NCBI GenBank assembly: GCA_963718895.1
Contig: CAVRAG010000007.1
Coordinates: 352,001 to 416,000, forward strand
DNA length: 64,000 nucleotides
Direction: 5' to 3'
Source of the DNA: an uncultured Nitrososphaerota archaeon
GTDB taxonomy: Archaea; Thermoproteota; Nitrososphaeria; Nitrososphaerales; Gagatemarchaeaceae
Below, one piece after another: positions 20,521-30,804 of this stretch (within the stretch, counting starts at the first letter, position 1; every line of letters begins with the position of its first letter). The position numbers and the translations under genes are program-made. Below the pieces are notes generated by a model. The model was not told the DNA's origin and did not search any database. It saw only the letters and a list, made by a program, of their open reading frames with translations.

Positions 20521-21327
20521 TTGGTAGAATGGGAATCGGTCCTTCACGAGGCTGCGGAGAGGGTCCAGGACGTGAGGGACAGACTCGTCTCGTCCCAGCA
20601 GGGGACCGAGAGAATCGGTGAGGGCGCCGGAGGCGACATCACGATGAGGGTCGACCAGGAGGCCGAGGAGGAGATAATCGCGGTCCTCAGGCAGAAGGGC
20701 GACGTGAGGCTCATCGCAGAGGAGAAGGGCGAGTCCGGCCCCAAGGACGCCAGGTGGACGGTGATAATCGACCCCATCGACGGGTCGTCCAACTTCGAGA
20801 AGGGCATTCCGTTCTACTGCACCTCGATAGCGGTCCTAGAGGGCAAGACCCTCGACGACGCCAGCCACGGACTGGTCCGGAACCTCGTCAGCGGCGACAT
20901 CTACTACGCCCAGTCGGGAAGCTACGCGACGAAGAACGGGAGCGAGATAAGGGCGAGCAACCTGCAGGAGCTGCGCGAGGCGACGGTCGGCATCGACATC
21001 TCGAGGACGACCCTGCCCGTCGTCAGGAGCCTGAACGTCCTCATAGCCTCGATAAAGAGGCAGATGCACTTCGGCGCGAACGCCCTGGAGACCTGCTTCC
21101 TCGCAGAGGGAAGGCTGGACGGGTTCCTCGACGTCCGGGGGAGGATACGCGTCATGGACATGGCGGCCGGTCAGCTCATCGCAAGGCAGGCGGGGGCGGT
21201 CTTCAGCGACGAGCGAGGCGGGCCTCTGCGTCCGGCCATAAGCGTGAAGGAGAGGTTCAGCGTCGTGGGAGGCGGAAATGCGGCGCTCCACGCCCGGATT
21301 CTCGCCAAGCTGAAGGCGGGCAGCTAG
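20521..21327 (+). CDS. suhB: Inositol monophosphatase / fructose-1,6-bisphosphatase (FIG superfamily)
   Basis: GAGGDIT..VD..AE, AEE, IIDPIDGSSNF, FGANALE, MDMAAG. Confidence 0.9.
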   Translation: MVEWESVLHEAAERVQDVRDRLVSSQQGTERIGEGAGGDITMRVDQEAEEEIIAVLRQKGDVRLIAEEKGESGPKDARWTVIIDPIDGSSNFEKGIPFYCTSIAVLEGKTLDDASHGLVRNLVSGDIYYAQSGSYATKNGSEIRASNLQELREATVGIDISRTTLPVVRSLNVLIASIKRQMHFGANALETCFLAEGRLDGFLDVRGRIRVMDMAAGQLIARQAGAVFSDERGGPLRPAISVKERFSVVGGGNAALHARILAKLKAGS

Positions 21328-21924
21328 GGGAACGAAGCAGAGAACTCGGCTATGCGTGTGATAGACGGGGACGTCGTCTTCGGGGTCCTCGCCGTGCGTC
21401 CGAATCATCGTGAAGGGGACACCTATCCTCTTCGCGGCCGCCAGGTCGTTGAGCCTGTCGCCCACGAACATGCTCGAAGGCTTCTGCACTTTCATCGCGG
21501 AGAGGGCGAAGACTGATCTGCTCGCCCCGGTCGAGCGAGTCCTCCCGGGTGAAATACTTCAGGAAGTACTGCTTCAGGGCGAAGTGCTCCAGTATCTGGG
21601 AGCACGTGCTGCTCCCCTGCATCGTGACCAGCGCGACCTTGGCGGTCTCGGAGAGCCTGGAGAGGAGCTCGCGCGCTCCCCTCGTAGAGGCGGGCCGACG
21701 GGGCGGCCGCGGCCTCGAACTCGTCGATCACAGCGAAGGCCGGCCTGGCGAACTTCGGGTTCCTGGTGATGACATCGCCGAGCGTCGGGAAGACGGGCCT
21801 GAACTCTGAGGAGTTCCCCGTGACCCTCCGCAGACCCTCCCTGACCCCCTCCCAGTCGACGGGGATCTCGCCGAGAGTTCCGTCGAAGTCGAAGATGTAG
21901 GCCGAGCGTCTCGGCCGTGGTCAG
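21324..21924 (-). CDS. HAD-family phosphatase (frameshifted)
   Basis: Motif I YIFDFDGTL at about 21873-21899; LVTMQG; motif IV FVGDRLND. Confidence 0.8.
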
Positions 21925-23038
21925 AGCACCTTCTCCTTCCAGCCGTCCTCTCTCCAGAGGAAGGCGCCCACGTCCATGTCCCTGAGCAGATAGTAGCCCT
22001 CGGGGAGGAGGTCGGTCCGCGGGACTGAGGCGGGGACCTTCTCGCCCATGCCGAGCCGGACGTAGAGGTCGGCGAGGTTCGCGTACCAGGGCATGCTTCA
22101 GGTGCTTGACCGCGATGTACCCCCAGAGGGGCATGGTCGAATGGAACTTCCCCGAGTCGACCTCGGTCACGCACATCTCTCCGGTTGCGGACTCCTTGAC
22201 GTCGATGGAGTACGCGCCGTTGGGCTTCGGGTCGATCGCCTTCACCGCGGCCTGGGCCACCTTGTTCAGACCTTCGTCGTGGACTATCCTCGCCACCGAC
22301 GGCGTCCCGGTTATCCCCGAGGGGGAGATGTGCTTGAAGGGATACTCGAGCCTCTCCCGCGCGTAGGAGGTGACCAGCTCTCCTTCGTGCCAGATGCTGT
22401 CCCAGGCGATGTTCCTCCCGGGGAGGTACTCCTGGATGATGAACTCGTCGATCGGTGTAGCCCCGCAGGACCCAGAGCTCGATCCAGTGCTGGGCCTCAC
22501 GGTAGCTGCCGCAGAGCAGGCTGAGCCTTCCGCCCGCGCCGTGCCTTGCCCTGACCCAGAGGGGCGAGCCCGGCACCGTGCTCAGGTCGAGGGCCAGTTC
22601 TGAGAAAGCCTCCCTGACGTCCTTGACCGAAGCTATCGCCTTGGTCTTCGCCACGGGGACCTTCCTCTTCGCGAGGACCTGCTGCGACAGGAGCTTGTCC
22701 TGCCCGAGCTCCATCACCTCGCTCCCTGGGGAGGAAGACGCGGCAGCCCACCTTCCTCCTGTTCGCGGTGATGACGTATGGCTTCGCTGGAGGGCTGCGG
22801 GTGCAGGAAGTCGATCCTCTCCTCCTTGACTAGCTGCGGATATCCGCGGGATGAACGACGTGTCGCTGTGCCTGGGGGTCAGGTACCGGGCGTCGACGTC
22901 GGGGTAGACGATGTGGTACCTGTTGAAGTCCGTCCCGACGATGTAGTAGTTCCTCTTCGAGGCCCTCAGCGCCCTGACGAAGTTCACCCCCGCCAGGCCT
23001 CCCGCGCCCGTCACCAGGACCCTCTCGCCCTGTGCCGT
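21921..23038 (-). CDS. ATP-grasp ligase, CarB/carbamoyl-phosphate-synthase-like small family (frameshifted)
   Basis: VLVTGAGGLAG, LGQDK, WVRARHGAGG, IIQEYLPG, YSIDVKE, VTEVDSGKF. Confidence 0.8.
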
Positions 23039-24269
23039 CTATTCCACCTCCAGGGTGAAGTCCGCGTTCTGCGGCCTGACCAGGTACTCCGCGCCGTTCC
23101 TCTCGAGCGAACCGGAGGAGACGCGAGGAGAGCGGCCCTCCGCCGTCGTAAGTCTCAGGACCAAGCCACGCGGCGCCTGACCATCCACCCTAATCAGCTT
23201 ACCCTTTTTCACGAGCGGGACGGAACGCCCCCGCCACCAGCTGGATATCTCGGCCCCGCTCCCCACGAAGCAACCCCTCCGCGCGATGACTGTCGAGGAG
23301 CGGCCAGTACATGCCTGCCTCCCTTCATCCTCACCGCCTCCTGGTGCCAGAGCAGCGTGAACAGCCCTTCCACCTCCTCCACGGCGTTCATCATCCTGAC
23401 GGCGTCTCCGAGCCCCTCCTCCTCGCTCCTCTTGAGGTAGCCCCAGAGCGTGGTGTCCATCAGGACGAGCGGGAGCTCGAGGAGGCTCATCGGGGACCAC
23501 GACCCGTCTGGCGGGTGGAAGGGGGTCGCGAGCCCGACCTTGAACCCGAGGCGGTCGTTGGTGCCCACCGTCGTGTCGTAGTCGAAACCTGCCGCCTCCA
23601 TGATACCCCAGGTCTTGGCGAAGTCGAACTTCAGGTAGTGCTCCCTGAGGCCGGACGGCCTGAACCCCATCGCCTTCGAGAAGCGCAGAGACGGCTTCGT
23701 CCATCTTCTCCTGAGAATCGTGCGTCCCGAAGTCGCCGTGAAGGCCGACCTCCCATCCGGATCGCGCGTATCCGGTCGCCGGTCGGCTTCACCCTGGAGA
23801 GCGGGTAGTTCGAGGAGAGGTAGTAGAAGCTGGAGTGGAAGCCCCGCGACCCCTCCCTCGATGCGATGAGGTCGACGTTGTCGTAGAGGGAGACCGCCCC
23901 CAGCAGTCCTCCGACGAGGTCACCCAGGCTGAAGCGGGCCCTGGTCTTCCAGATGTGTCCCCTCGCCCGCGAGATGTTGTCCACGTCGTGGGTGAGGCAG
24001 ACCGCGAAGGGCGCGGCCCCGGGCCACCTCGCCTTTCTCACGAAGAAGCCGTCTCCTCGGAGAGCGAGGACTCCCTGACCGACGCGAGGAGCGAGAGCAT
24101 CTGCTTCTCGAGGACCGGGACCTCCGAGTCCTGCGGCGCGCGGCCCTGGACCGCGGAGGCGACCGCGGTCGACGAGTCCGTCGGGGACGTCCTCCGGCCT
24201 GAGCGAGCCCTCCGCGAGCCCGAGGCTGGCCTCGGCCATGGACCTCACGTAGGCGCGGGGGTCGCTCAC
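23039..24269 (-). CDS. Polysaccharide deacetylase (CE4-like) family protein (frameshifted)
   Basis: VCLTHDVD, SSFYYL, GLHG, GLREHYL, DYDTTVG, ELPLVLMDT, TLLWH; GTG start 24269 overlaps the upstream stop. Confidence 0.82.
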
Positions 24270-25214
24270 CGGCTCTTCACCCCGGAGACCTGCGGGAAGA
24301 GGCGCGCGAGGTGACCCTCGATCGTCGCCTGGACGTCCTCGAAGGAGCCCGTCGCGTCGATGACGGGGTAGCCGTTCCTCCTGGCGATGCGGAGGTAGCT
24401 CTCCCTCTCGTGCTCGAGGACCGCGCGCGGGTAGTGGATGTGCGCGACCCTCTCGTCTATCACCCTGAGGGACTTGTCCACCGGCACGTCCAGGACGACC
24501 GCGAAGAGCGGGCGGGGCAGGAGGTAGAGGAAGGCCAGCGGCCTGACCGGGTAGCCCAGCGCCTCGTACTTGATGTAGGTGCTCCAGATGAACCGGTCGT
24601 AGATCACCACCGTGCCCTCGATCCGGCAGCCTATCGAGGACGACAGCTGGAGGAGGAGGTTGTCGAGGAGGGACAGGACGGGCCGGAGCGGGTTCCCGCG
24701 CCTCCGCGCCTTCGACCCCCTCCGTCCGCCTGAAGAGATGGTCGAGAGCCTCTCGACGAAGAGGTACCTGTGGAAGGGCATCAGCTCCACGCGGTACCCT
24801 CTTGCCTTCCAGCCACCCGCTCGTGACCGCCGAGTGCGAGGATTTGCCGGAGCCGTCTATCCCGAGCAGGGCTATCGAACCGCCCTTGCGGCCCACCCTC
24901 AGCGAGTGCAGGGCGCGCCTCTGGTACTCGTCGTTGAGGTAGACCGACCCGAGGAAGAGCAGGAGGCCCGCTGAAGGGAAAACGAAGAGACGGTCCAGCG
25001 TCACAAGGTAGCCGCCCAGGGAGGCCAGAAAGACGCGGAAGGCGTTGGGGACGTCGTTCAGAGGGTCGAGGTGGCGCGAAGCGCTCCTGCCGATTCCGTA
25101 CAACCCGAACACCACTGCGAAGGCGAATGGGAAGGCGAGGGCAGGCCCGGGCAGGAGGGCCGAGAGCGCTAGGGCGAGGAGGAAGAAGATCGCGACAACG
25201 GCCTTCATCTTCAC
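24266..25214 (-). CDS. Thymidylate-kinase-like P-loop kinase with N-terminal membrane domain (frameshift about 24800)
   Basis: About 90 aa hydrophobic N-terminus in frame with IALLGIDGSGKS; the second frame gives IYDRF, PRP...VLDVP and VIDAT. Confidence 0.8.
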
Positions 25215-25318
25215 CTGCGCATCACGGCACGGCCACTTGCTTCGAGGCTTGATAAAAGAATCCTCGGAGGCGCCGAGCCGATGTTTAAGAGCAGAGGCTG
25301 CCGAGGTCGGATACGGGC

Positions 25319-26062
25319 ATGGTCACCAAGGCAGCGGTCCTCTGTGGCGGGGAAGGCACCAGGCTACGGCCGCTCAGCAACTACTTCCAGAAGACCATGA
25401 TACCCATTGGGTCCAAGAGGAGGCCCCTCCTGGAGTACATCGTCCGGCTGATAGGGTACAACGGCATCTCCGAGGTGACGCTTCTCACGGGCTACCGCTC
25501 GGACGACATCGAGCACTACTTCAGCGACGGCAAGAAGTTCGGGGTCGAGATAACCTACTCCAGGGATCCCGAAGGGAGGAGAGGGACCGCGCTCTCGCTC
25601 GTTGGAGCCCTCGACGGGGGGATGCTGCACGGGTTCGACAATCTCGTCGTGTACTACGGGGACGTGCTCTCGGCGATGGACATAATGGGGCTCGTCTCGC
25701 AGCACGAGAGGCGGCGATCTGCCGTCACCCTGGTCCTCTCCAGGGACTACAAGGTACCTTTCGGGGTCGCCAAGGTAGAGGATGAGAGGGTGGCCTCCTT
25801 CTCGGAGAAGCCGACCCTCCCGCTGAACGTCACCATCGGGGCGCTCATGTTCTCGAAGGAGTGCATCCCGATCCTCCGCGAGGCGAGTTCCGGGAAGGAC
25901 GCCCCGGACATCATGACGGACTTCGTGCCGAGGGTCGTAGACCGCGGCCTGCTGGTCTCGCCATTCTACATAGACGGGTTCTGGTACGACGTGGGGACGA
26001 CGGAGGCCTACGAGAAGCTGGACAACGACCTCGTCGAGAAGAACCTGAAGTTCCTGGACTAG
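25319..26062 (+). CDS. Sugar-phosphate nucleotidyltransferase (NDP-sugar pyrophosphorylase family)
   Basis: LCGGEGTRLRPL...KTMIPI, YYGD, FSEKP, WYDVGT. Confidence 0.92.
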   Translation: MVTKAAVLCGGEGTRLRPLSNYFQKTMIPIGSKRRPLLEYIVRLIGYNGISEVTLLTGYRSDDIEHYFSDGKKFGVEITYSRDPEGRRGTALSLVGALDGGMLHGFDNLVVYYGDVLSAMDIMGLVSQHERRRSAVTLVLSRDYKVPFGVAKVEDERVASFSEKPTLPLNVTIGALMFSKECIPILREASSGKDAPDIMTDFVPRVVDRGLLVSPFYIDGFWYDVGTTEAYEKLDNDLVEKNLKFLD

Positions 26063-26068
26063 TCGGAC

Positions 26069-27577
26069 ATGGCGAAGCAGATCTCTGTGAGACGGACAGG
26101 GTTCGTAGTCTTCTCGTTCAGGATCGTGAGCATCTTCACGGGGCTGGCGTTCCTGCTTATGATGACCAGGACTCTGAGCACGTCCGAGTTCGGGCTCTGG
26201 GAGGTCGTCCTCGACCTCGTGACCTTCGCATCCTATCCGGCAGGGCTCCTCGTCTACTGGGCGACGCGGGAAATCGCCAGGGGGAAGCTGCTGGGTAAGA
26301 CGGCGCTCGGGATGAACCTCGCCCTGAGCGCGGCCGGGATGGTCCTCTACGTCGGGCTCTCATTCCTGACCGGCTCACGGGTGGGCCAGACCGACCTCGC
26401 GACGATCCTGCTCGCAATCTTCCTGGTCCCGATAGCATACTGGAACCAGGCCGCGAACGCGATCGTCTCGGGGTACGACCCCATCGTCCAGGGCTACTCC
26501 ACCATGGCCTCCGAGATCTGCAAGCTCGCCTTCGCATACCCCCTGCTGATAGTCTTCCACGTGGGCATAGACGGCGTCATCGTGGCGCTGATGGCCGCGA
26601 ACTTCGCCCAGGCCGCGACCTCGACGGTCCTGGCCAGGGGCGCGCTCCAGATGCCCTTCGACCCCGAGGCGGGAAGGAGGTGGCTGAGGCGGTCGTGGCT
26701 GCCCTCGCTCTCGACGCTGCCCTACATCCTCGGAGTCGCCGACACCTTCATCGCGAGCCTCGTGGCCGGAGGGACGACCACGGTCGGGTTCTACCAGGCG
26801 GCGTTCTCCGTCGCCACTCTGGCTGGCTACTCGTACTTCCTTGGCGCGGCCCTCTACCCGCTGCTCCTCAGGGGCGGGGCGGGTTCCGAGGAACTCCCCA
26901 CGATCACGCTGGACCTCTCGCTCCTCTTCGGCATCCCCATGGCCGTCGGGGCGGCCGTCCTCGCGAAGCCAATCCTCTTCGTGCTCAACCCGAAGTACGT
27001 AGTAAGCACCACGGCCCTCGAGATACTGGCCTTCGCCGCCCTTGTGAACGCCATGGCCGTGATCCTCGACCAGATCCTCTGGGGCAGGGAGAGGGTCGAC
27101 GTGGACGAGTCTGCGGGGTTCAGCCACTTCCTGCACAGCGACCTGTTCTTCGTCTTCCTGGTGGAGACCGGGAGCGCGGTGACCTACCTCGTCGCGGTCT
27201 TCGTGATAGTCCTGACGGGGAACGCCAGCGGCACCTCTCAGACGACCATCATAGACCTATGGGCAGCGGCGCAGCTCGTCGTCTTCTCGGTCTTCGTCGC
27301 CGCGCGGGTCGTCAGAATCAGAAAGAGGGGGAAGCTCTCCCTGCGGCCGTCGTTCGCGTACTACGTCGCGGGCTCCGCAATCATGGGGATCTTCCTGGCC
27401 GTTGCGGGCGGGCTCCTGGACTACTCCTTGCACGCCCTGGCGTTCGGGGAGGAGGTTGCAGCCATAGCTCTCACGGGGTTCGCCATCTACTTCGCGTTCC
27501 TCCTCGCGACGGAGAAGGACTTCCGCAGGCTCGTCAGGGTCGTCCTGAAGCCCCTGCTGGGGTCAAGAGCGACCTGA
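26069..27577 (+). CDS. Polysaccharide flippase-like (Wzx/MOP) membrane protein
   Basis: 502 aa with about 12-14 hydrophobic segments; TRTLSTSEFGLW; VGFYQAA; next to glycosyltransferases. Confidence 0.8.
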   Translation: MAKQISVRRTGFVVFSFRIVSIFTGLAFLLMMTRTLSTSEFGLWEVVLDLVTFASYPAGLLVYWATREIARGKLLGKTALGMNLALSAAGMVLYVGLSFLTGSRVGQTDLATILLAIFLVPIAYWNQAANAIVSGYDPIVQGYSTMASEICKLAFAYPLLIVFHVGIDGVIVALMAANFAQAATSTVLARGALQMPFDPEAGRRWLRRSWLPSLSTLPYILGVADTFIASLVAGGTTTVGFYQAAFSVATLAGYSYFLGAALYPLLLRGGAGSEELPTITLDLSLLFGIPMAVGAAVLAKPILFVLNPKYVVSTTALEILAFAALVNAMAVILDQILWGRERVDVDESAGFSHFLHSDLFFVFLVETGSAVTYLVAVFVIVLTGNASGTSQTTIIDLWAAAQLVVFSVFVAARVVRIRKRGKLSLRPSFAYYVAGSAIMGIFLAVAGGLLDYSLHALAFGEEVAAIALTGFAIYFAFLLATEKDFRRLVRVVLKPLLGSRAT

Positions 27578-28562
27578 GAGCCTCGACCTCCGCCTCATGG
27601 GATCCAGACAGCCCGTCGTACCAGCGTGCAATCCTCGTCCGGTAGTCTTCGCTGACGGCCGTCCCCAGCATCATCGTCACCTTTCGAGCGATCTCGTCGG
27701 CGTCCGAGGAGTCGGTGTACAGGAGCGCGTCTCCGAAGAAGTCCTCGAGCACGTCCTGCCTCGACGAGATTATCGGGAGAGAGCTTGCGGCGTACTCCAG
27801 GAGCACGTGTGACAGGGTGAACGGCTCGTCTGTCACGTTGATGGCCATGTCGGCCGAGGCCTTGAGGGACTCGTAGGTCTGTCTGGGGAGGAACCCGAGG
27901 TACTTGACGTTCTCCGGGAGATTGCGCTCGGAGAGCCTCCTCTCCAGCTTTTCCTTGGGCCCGGTTATCAGGAGCTCGACGCTTCCGACCTTGCCCACAC
28001 CGGACGACTCGGCCTCTATGCGCTCCAGGGGATGTCCGCCGTGGGAGCAGATCGCGACCGTGGGTCTCTCTGTGAAACTGCGTCTCAGCGCTTCGTCGCG
28101 AGGGTTGGGGTTTCGCTCGACGAAGTCGTGGACGACCAGCACCTTGTTGGCGCCCATCGCGCTCAGCTTCTCGGCCCAGAACCTGTGCGGAGCCGTGTTC
28201 CCGGCGGCTGCCCGTGAGACCACCTCCTCGAGGAACCCGATCACCTTCGAGACGGGACCTCCCCCGAGGGTCTTCACCTTCCAGATCGAGTGGTGGTCGA
28301 CGACCAGCCTCTTGCCGGTCAGACTGCAGTACAGCATGCATGTCAGGGGGCAGAAGACGGGAGGGTTCTGGGCGTAGACGACGTCGGGTTTCCGCTGGGA
28401 GAGGATCAGGAGGGTCTTGAAGAAGAGCGCGAGGTAGCGGACGGGAGCGAAGTACCTTGGGCCGTAGAGGAAGGTGATGCTGACCCTCTCTGCGCCCACG
28501 GCTTCGGCGAGCTCATCAGCGCGGAATCCGAACGGACCCCACACTAGGGAGAGGATCTTCAC
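27534..28562 (-). CDS. Glycosyltransferase, GT-B fold (GT4/ALG1-like)
   Basis: KPDVVYAQNPP, VVDHH, YLGFLP, LLEYAASSLPII. Confidence 0.88.
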   Translation of the reverse strand: MKILSLVWGPFGFRADELAEAVGAERVSITFLYGPRYFAPVRYLALFFKTLLILSQRKPDVVYAQNPPVFCPLTCMLYCSLTGKRLVVDHHSIWKVKTLGGGPVSKVIGFLEEVVSRAAAGNTAPHRFWAEKLSAMGANKVLVVHDFVERNPNPRDEALRRSFTERPTVAICSHGGHPLERIEAESSGVGKVGSVELLITGPKEKLERRLSERNLPENVKYLGFLPRQTYESLKASADMAINVTDEPFTLSHVLLEYAASSLPIISSRQDVLEDFFGDALLYTDSSDADEIARKVTMMLGTAVSEDYRTRIARWYDGLSGSHEAEVEALRSLLTPAGASGRP

Positions 28563-28769
28563 TCAATCACCGCCGGGTCCGAGCATTGATGTCCAGTCCA
28601 TCTTCCCCCTGGCAGCGTCTTTATTGGTTAGCGAGACGATGGAATCAAAGCATGCCGCACCTATTATGGGGGAGTTTGCGGGAGAAGTCTTCGTGCTGCG
28701 CCTCCCGAGGGATGGACGATCCATCTCTGCCCAACACTTTTTAGTCCGAGGGCGGTCCTCCCCTGCCGA

Positions 28770-30720
28770 ATGCAGGTAAAAGGGAAGGGGATTCTCGAGG
28801 ACTACGCGAAGGTCGAGCGGGAGATTCTGCAATTCATCAGGAAGATCGTGGAAGACTCAGGTTCCAAAGGGGCGGTCATAGGGCTCAGCGGGGGCATAGA
28901 CAGCTCCGTCGTCGGGGCGCTGCTCGTGCGTGCGTTGGGCAAGGAGAAGGTGATAGGGATACTGATGCCGGCATCTCACACTCCGAAGCAAGACAACGAT
29001 GACGCGCGGATGACTCGCCAAGACATGGGGGGTCAGGACCTACGAGGTCGGCATAGATCCGATCTTCTCGGCATTCGAGAAGACTCTTCCCAAAGAAGGG
29101 GAGAACAGGATCGCCTATGCCAATGTCAAGGCGAGAATACGAATGATAATCAATTACTACGTTGCCAAATCCCACGGGATGCTCGTAGCGGGGACGGGTG
29201 ACAAGTCCGAAGATGAGATTGGGTTTTTCTGCTATGATGAGAAGACCAGGGTTGTAACAATCGATGGCCTGAAGGGTTTGAACCAGTTGAAAACAGGTGA
29301 TATCGTCTTCTCGCTTGATCTCGGGACGCAGATGATGGTCGAGTCGAAGGTCGATGGCGTCTTCAAGTTCCCTTATGACGGTCAGATGATTCACTTCGGG
29401 GGCCGCGGCGCCGACGTCATGGTTACGCCTAACCACCGCATGCTAATTCACACTAGCTCCTCAAAGTCCGACTCCAGACTGGTCTTTCGAGCAGCTGATG
29501 AGTGCCTGAAGTCGAGGGACATCAACACCCCAACACCATTGGGTTGGGCAGGAAACCACGAGGCCCCTTCGTCCATAAGGTTGGTCTTCAATCAGAGGCA
29601 CATCGAGAGAACGGAGGACCTGTCAATCGAAGATGTCTTCTATCTTCTCGGGCTCTTCATCGGGGACGGATGTGTAACGGCCGGAAAGGCGATCCTACCC
29701 GTCAAATCGGCCATGAGCCGACGGGAGTATACGAGCGCGCATCACGGCAAGGACGGCCGCTTCGTACAGATCGAAACGAGCAAGACAGACGTCCGCATGA
29801 AGGAGTATGCGACATTTGAAACGATATTCTCCCTCCCGAGCTACACCAAGGATGCGGCTAGGAGCCGCCTTATCGAGGTGCTAACAAAGTATAAGATTGG
29901 ATACTCGCTGACCAGAGATACTGTCCGCATCTCATCGAAAGGTATCTATGATTTCTTCATCCAGTGCGGAACCGGTGCTAGGAGCAAGCATATCCCACAC
30001 TGGATCCTGAGTTACTCATCTGCGTATCTCGTGCATCTCCTCCGCGGGCTGAAGGACAGCGACGGGTCGCATCCTGAGACCAAGAGTTACTATTACACAT
30101 CTTCTGAAGAGCTCAGGGACGACTTCGTCCATCTTTGCTTCAAGTTGGGGAGAAGGGCCAGCGTCACCTCGAGGGGCCCAACACGCCCCAGGATCAACGG
30201 CAAGACGATAATGACAGGTCCATCATTCACCATCAGCTACGCGAGTCACCAGCATTCGCAGCATACCCTCAAGAGTGGATTAGCGAAGATGGTCGACTAC
30301 AAGGGGGAAGTTTGGTGCCCCTCTGTTCCGCCCTGCGAGAATCTTCTGGTCGAGAGGAATGGCAAGTACGTCTTTTCAGGGAACACCAAGTTCGGAGACG
30401 GCGGAGTGGACTTCTTGCCCATAGCCCACCTCTACAAGACGCAGGTCAGGGAGCTGGGCGCGCACCTTGGGCTGCCCGAGCACATAGTGCACAAGCCGGC
30501 CTCTCCACAGCTCTGGCCAGGCCACAGGGCAGTGGACGAAATCCCTATCGAGTATGAGCGGCTGGACCATGTGTTGGCGGGGCTCTTCGACGAGAAGCTG
30601 GAGCCGAGGGAGGTCGCCAAGAGGACGGGAGTCGACATCAAGATAGTCCAGGATGTGGTCAAGAGGCACAGGGCTTCGGCCCACAAGCGCTCATATCCGC
30701 CGATGCTAGGCAGCTGGTAA
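28770..30720 (+). CDS. nadE: NH3-dependent NAD+ synthetase, intein-containing (N-extein frameshift about 29010)
   Basis: SGGIDSS, ANVKARIRM, GTGDKSE..IGFF / TKFGDGG, PIAHLYKTQV, KPASPQLWPG, SAHKR. Confidence 0.95.
29230..30384 (+). mobile_element. Intein (385 aa) with LAGLIDADG homing endonuclease inserted in nadE
   Basis: Starts CYDEKTRV (Cys1); block B VTPNHRM; LAGLIDADG motifs LLGLFIGDG and LRGLKDSDG; block F YKGEVWCPSV...NLLVERNG; ends SGN before Thr+1. Removal restores GFF-TKFGDGG. Visibly more AT-rich than its flanks. Confidence 0.96.
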
Positions 30721-30804
30721 GCAGGACTCTCCGTCGTCTACCAGAGCGGTAGTCCGCCTGTGCCAGAACAGCGACCGTTCTGAATCAGCGAAGGATTGGT
30801 CGCT

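Noticed and set aside
21921-23041. Pyrrolysine system (PylC-like ATP-grasp next to an in-frame TAG)
   Set aside because: No pylT, pylS, pylB or pylD in the window, TAG is used as a normal stop in many genes here, and the context is glycan biosynthesis.
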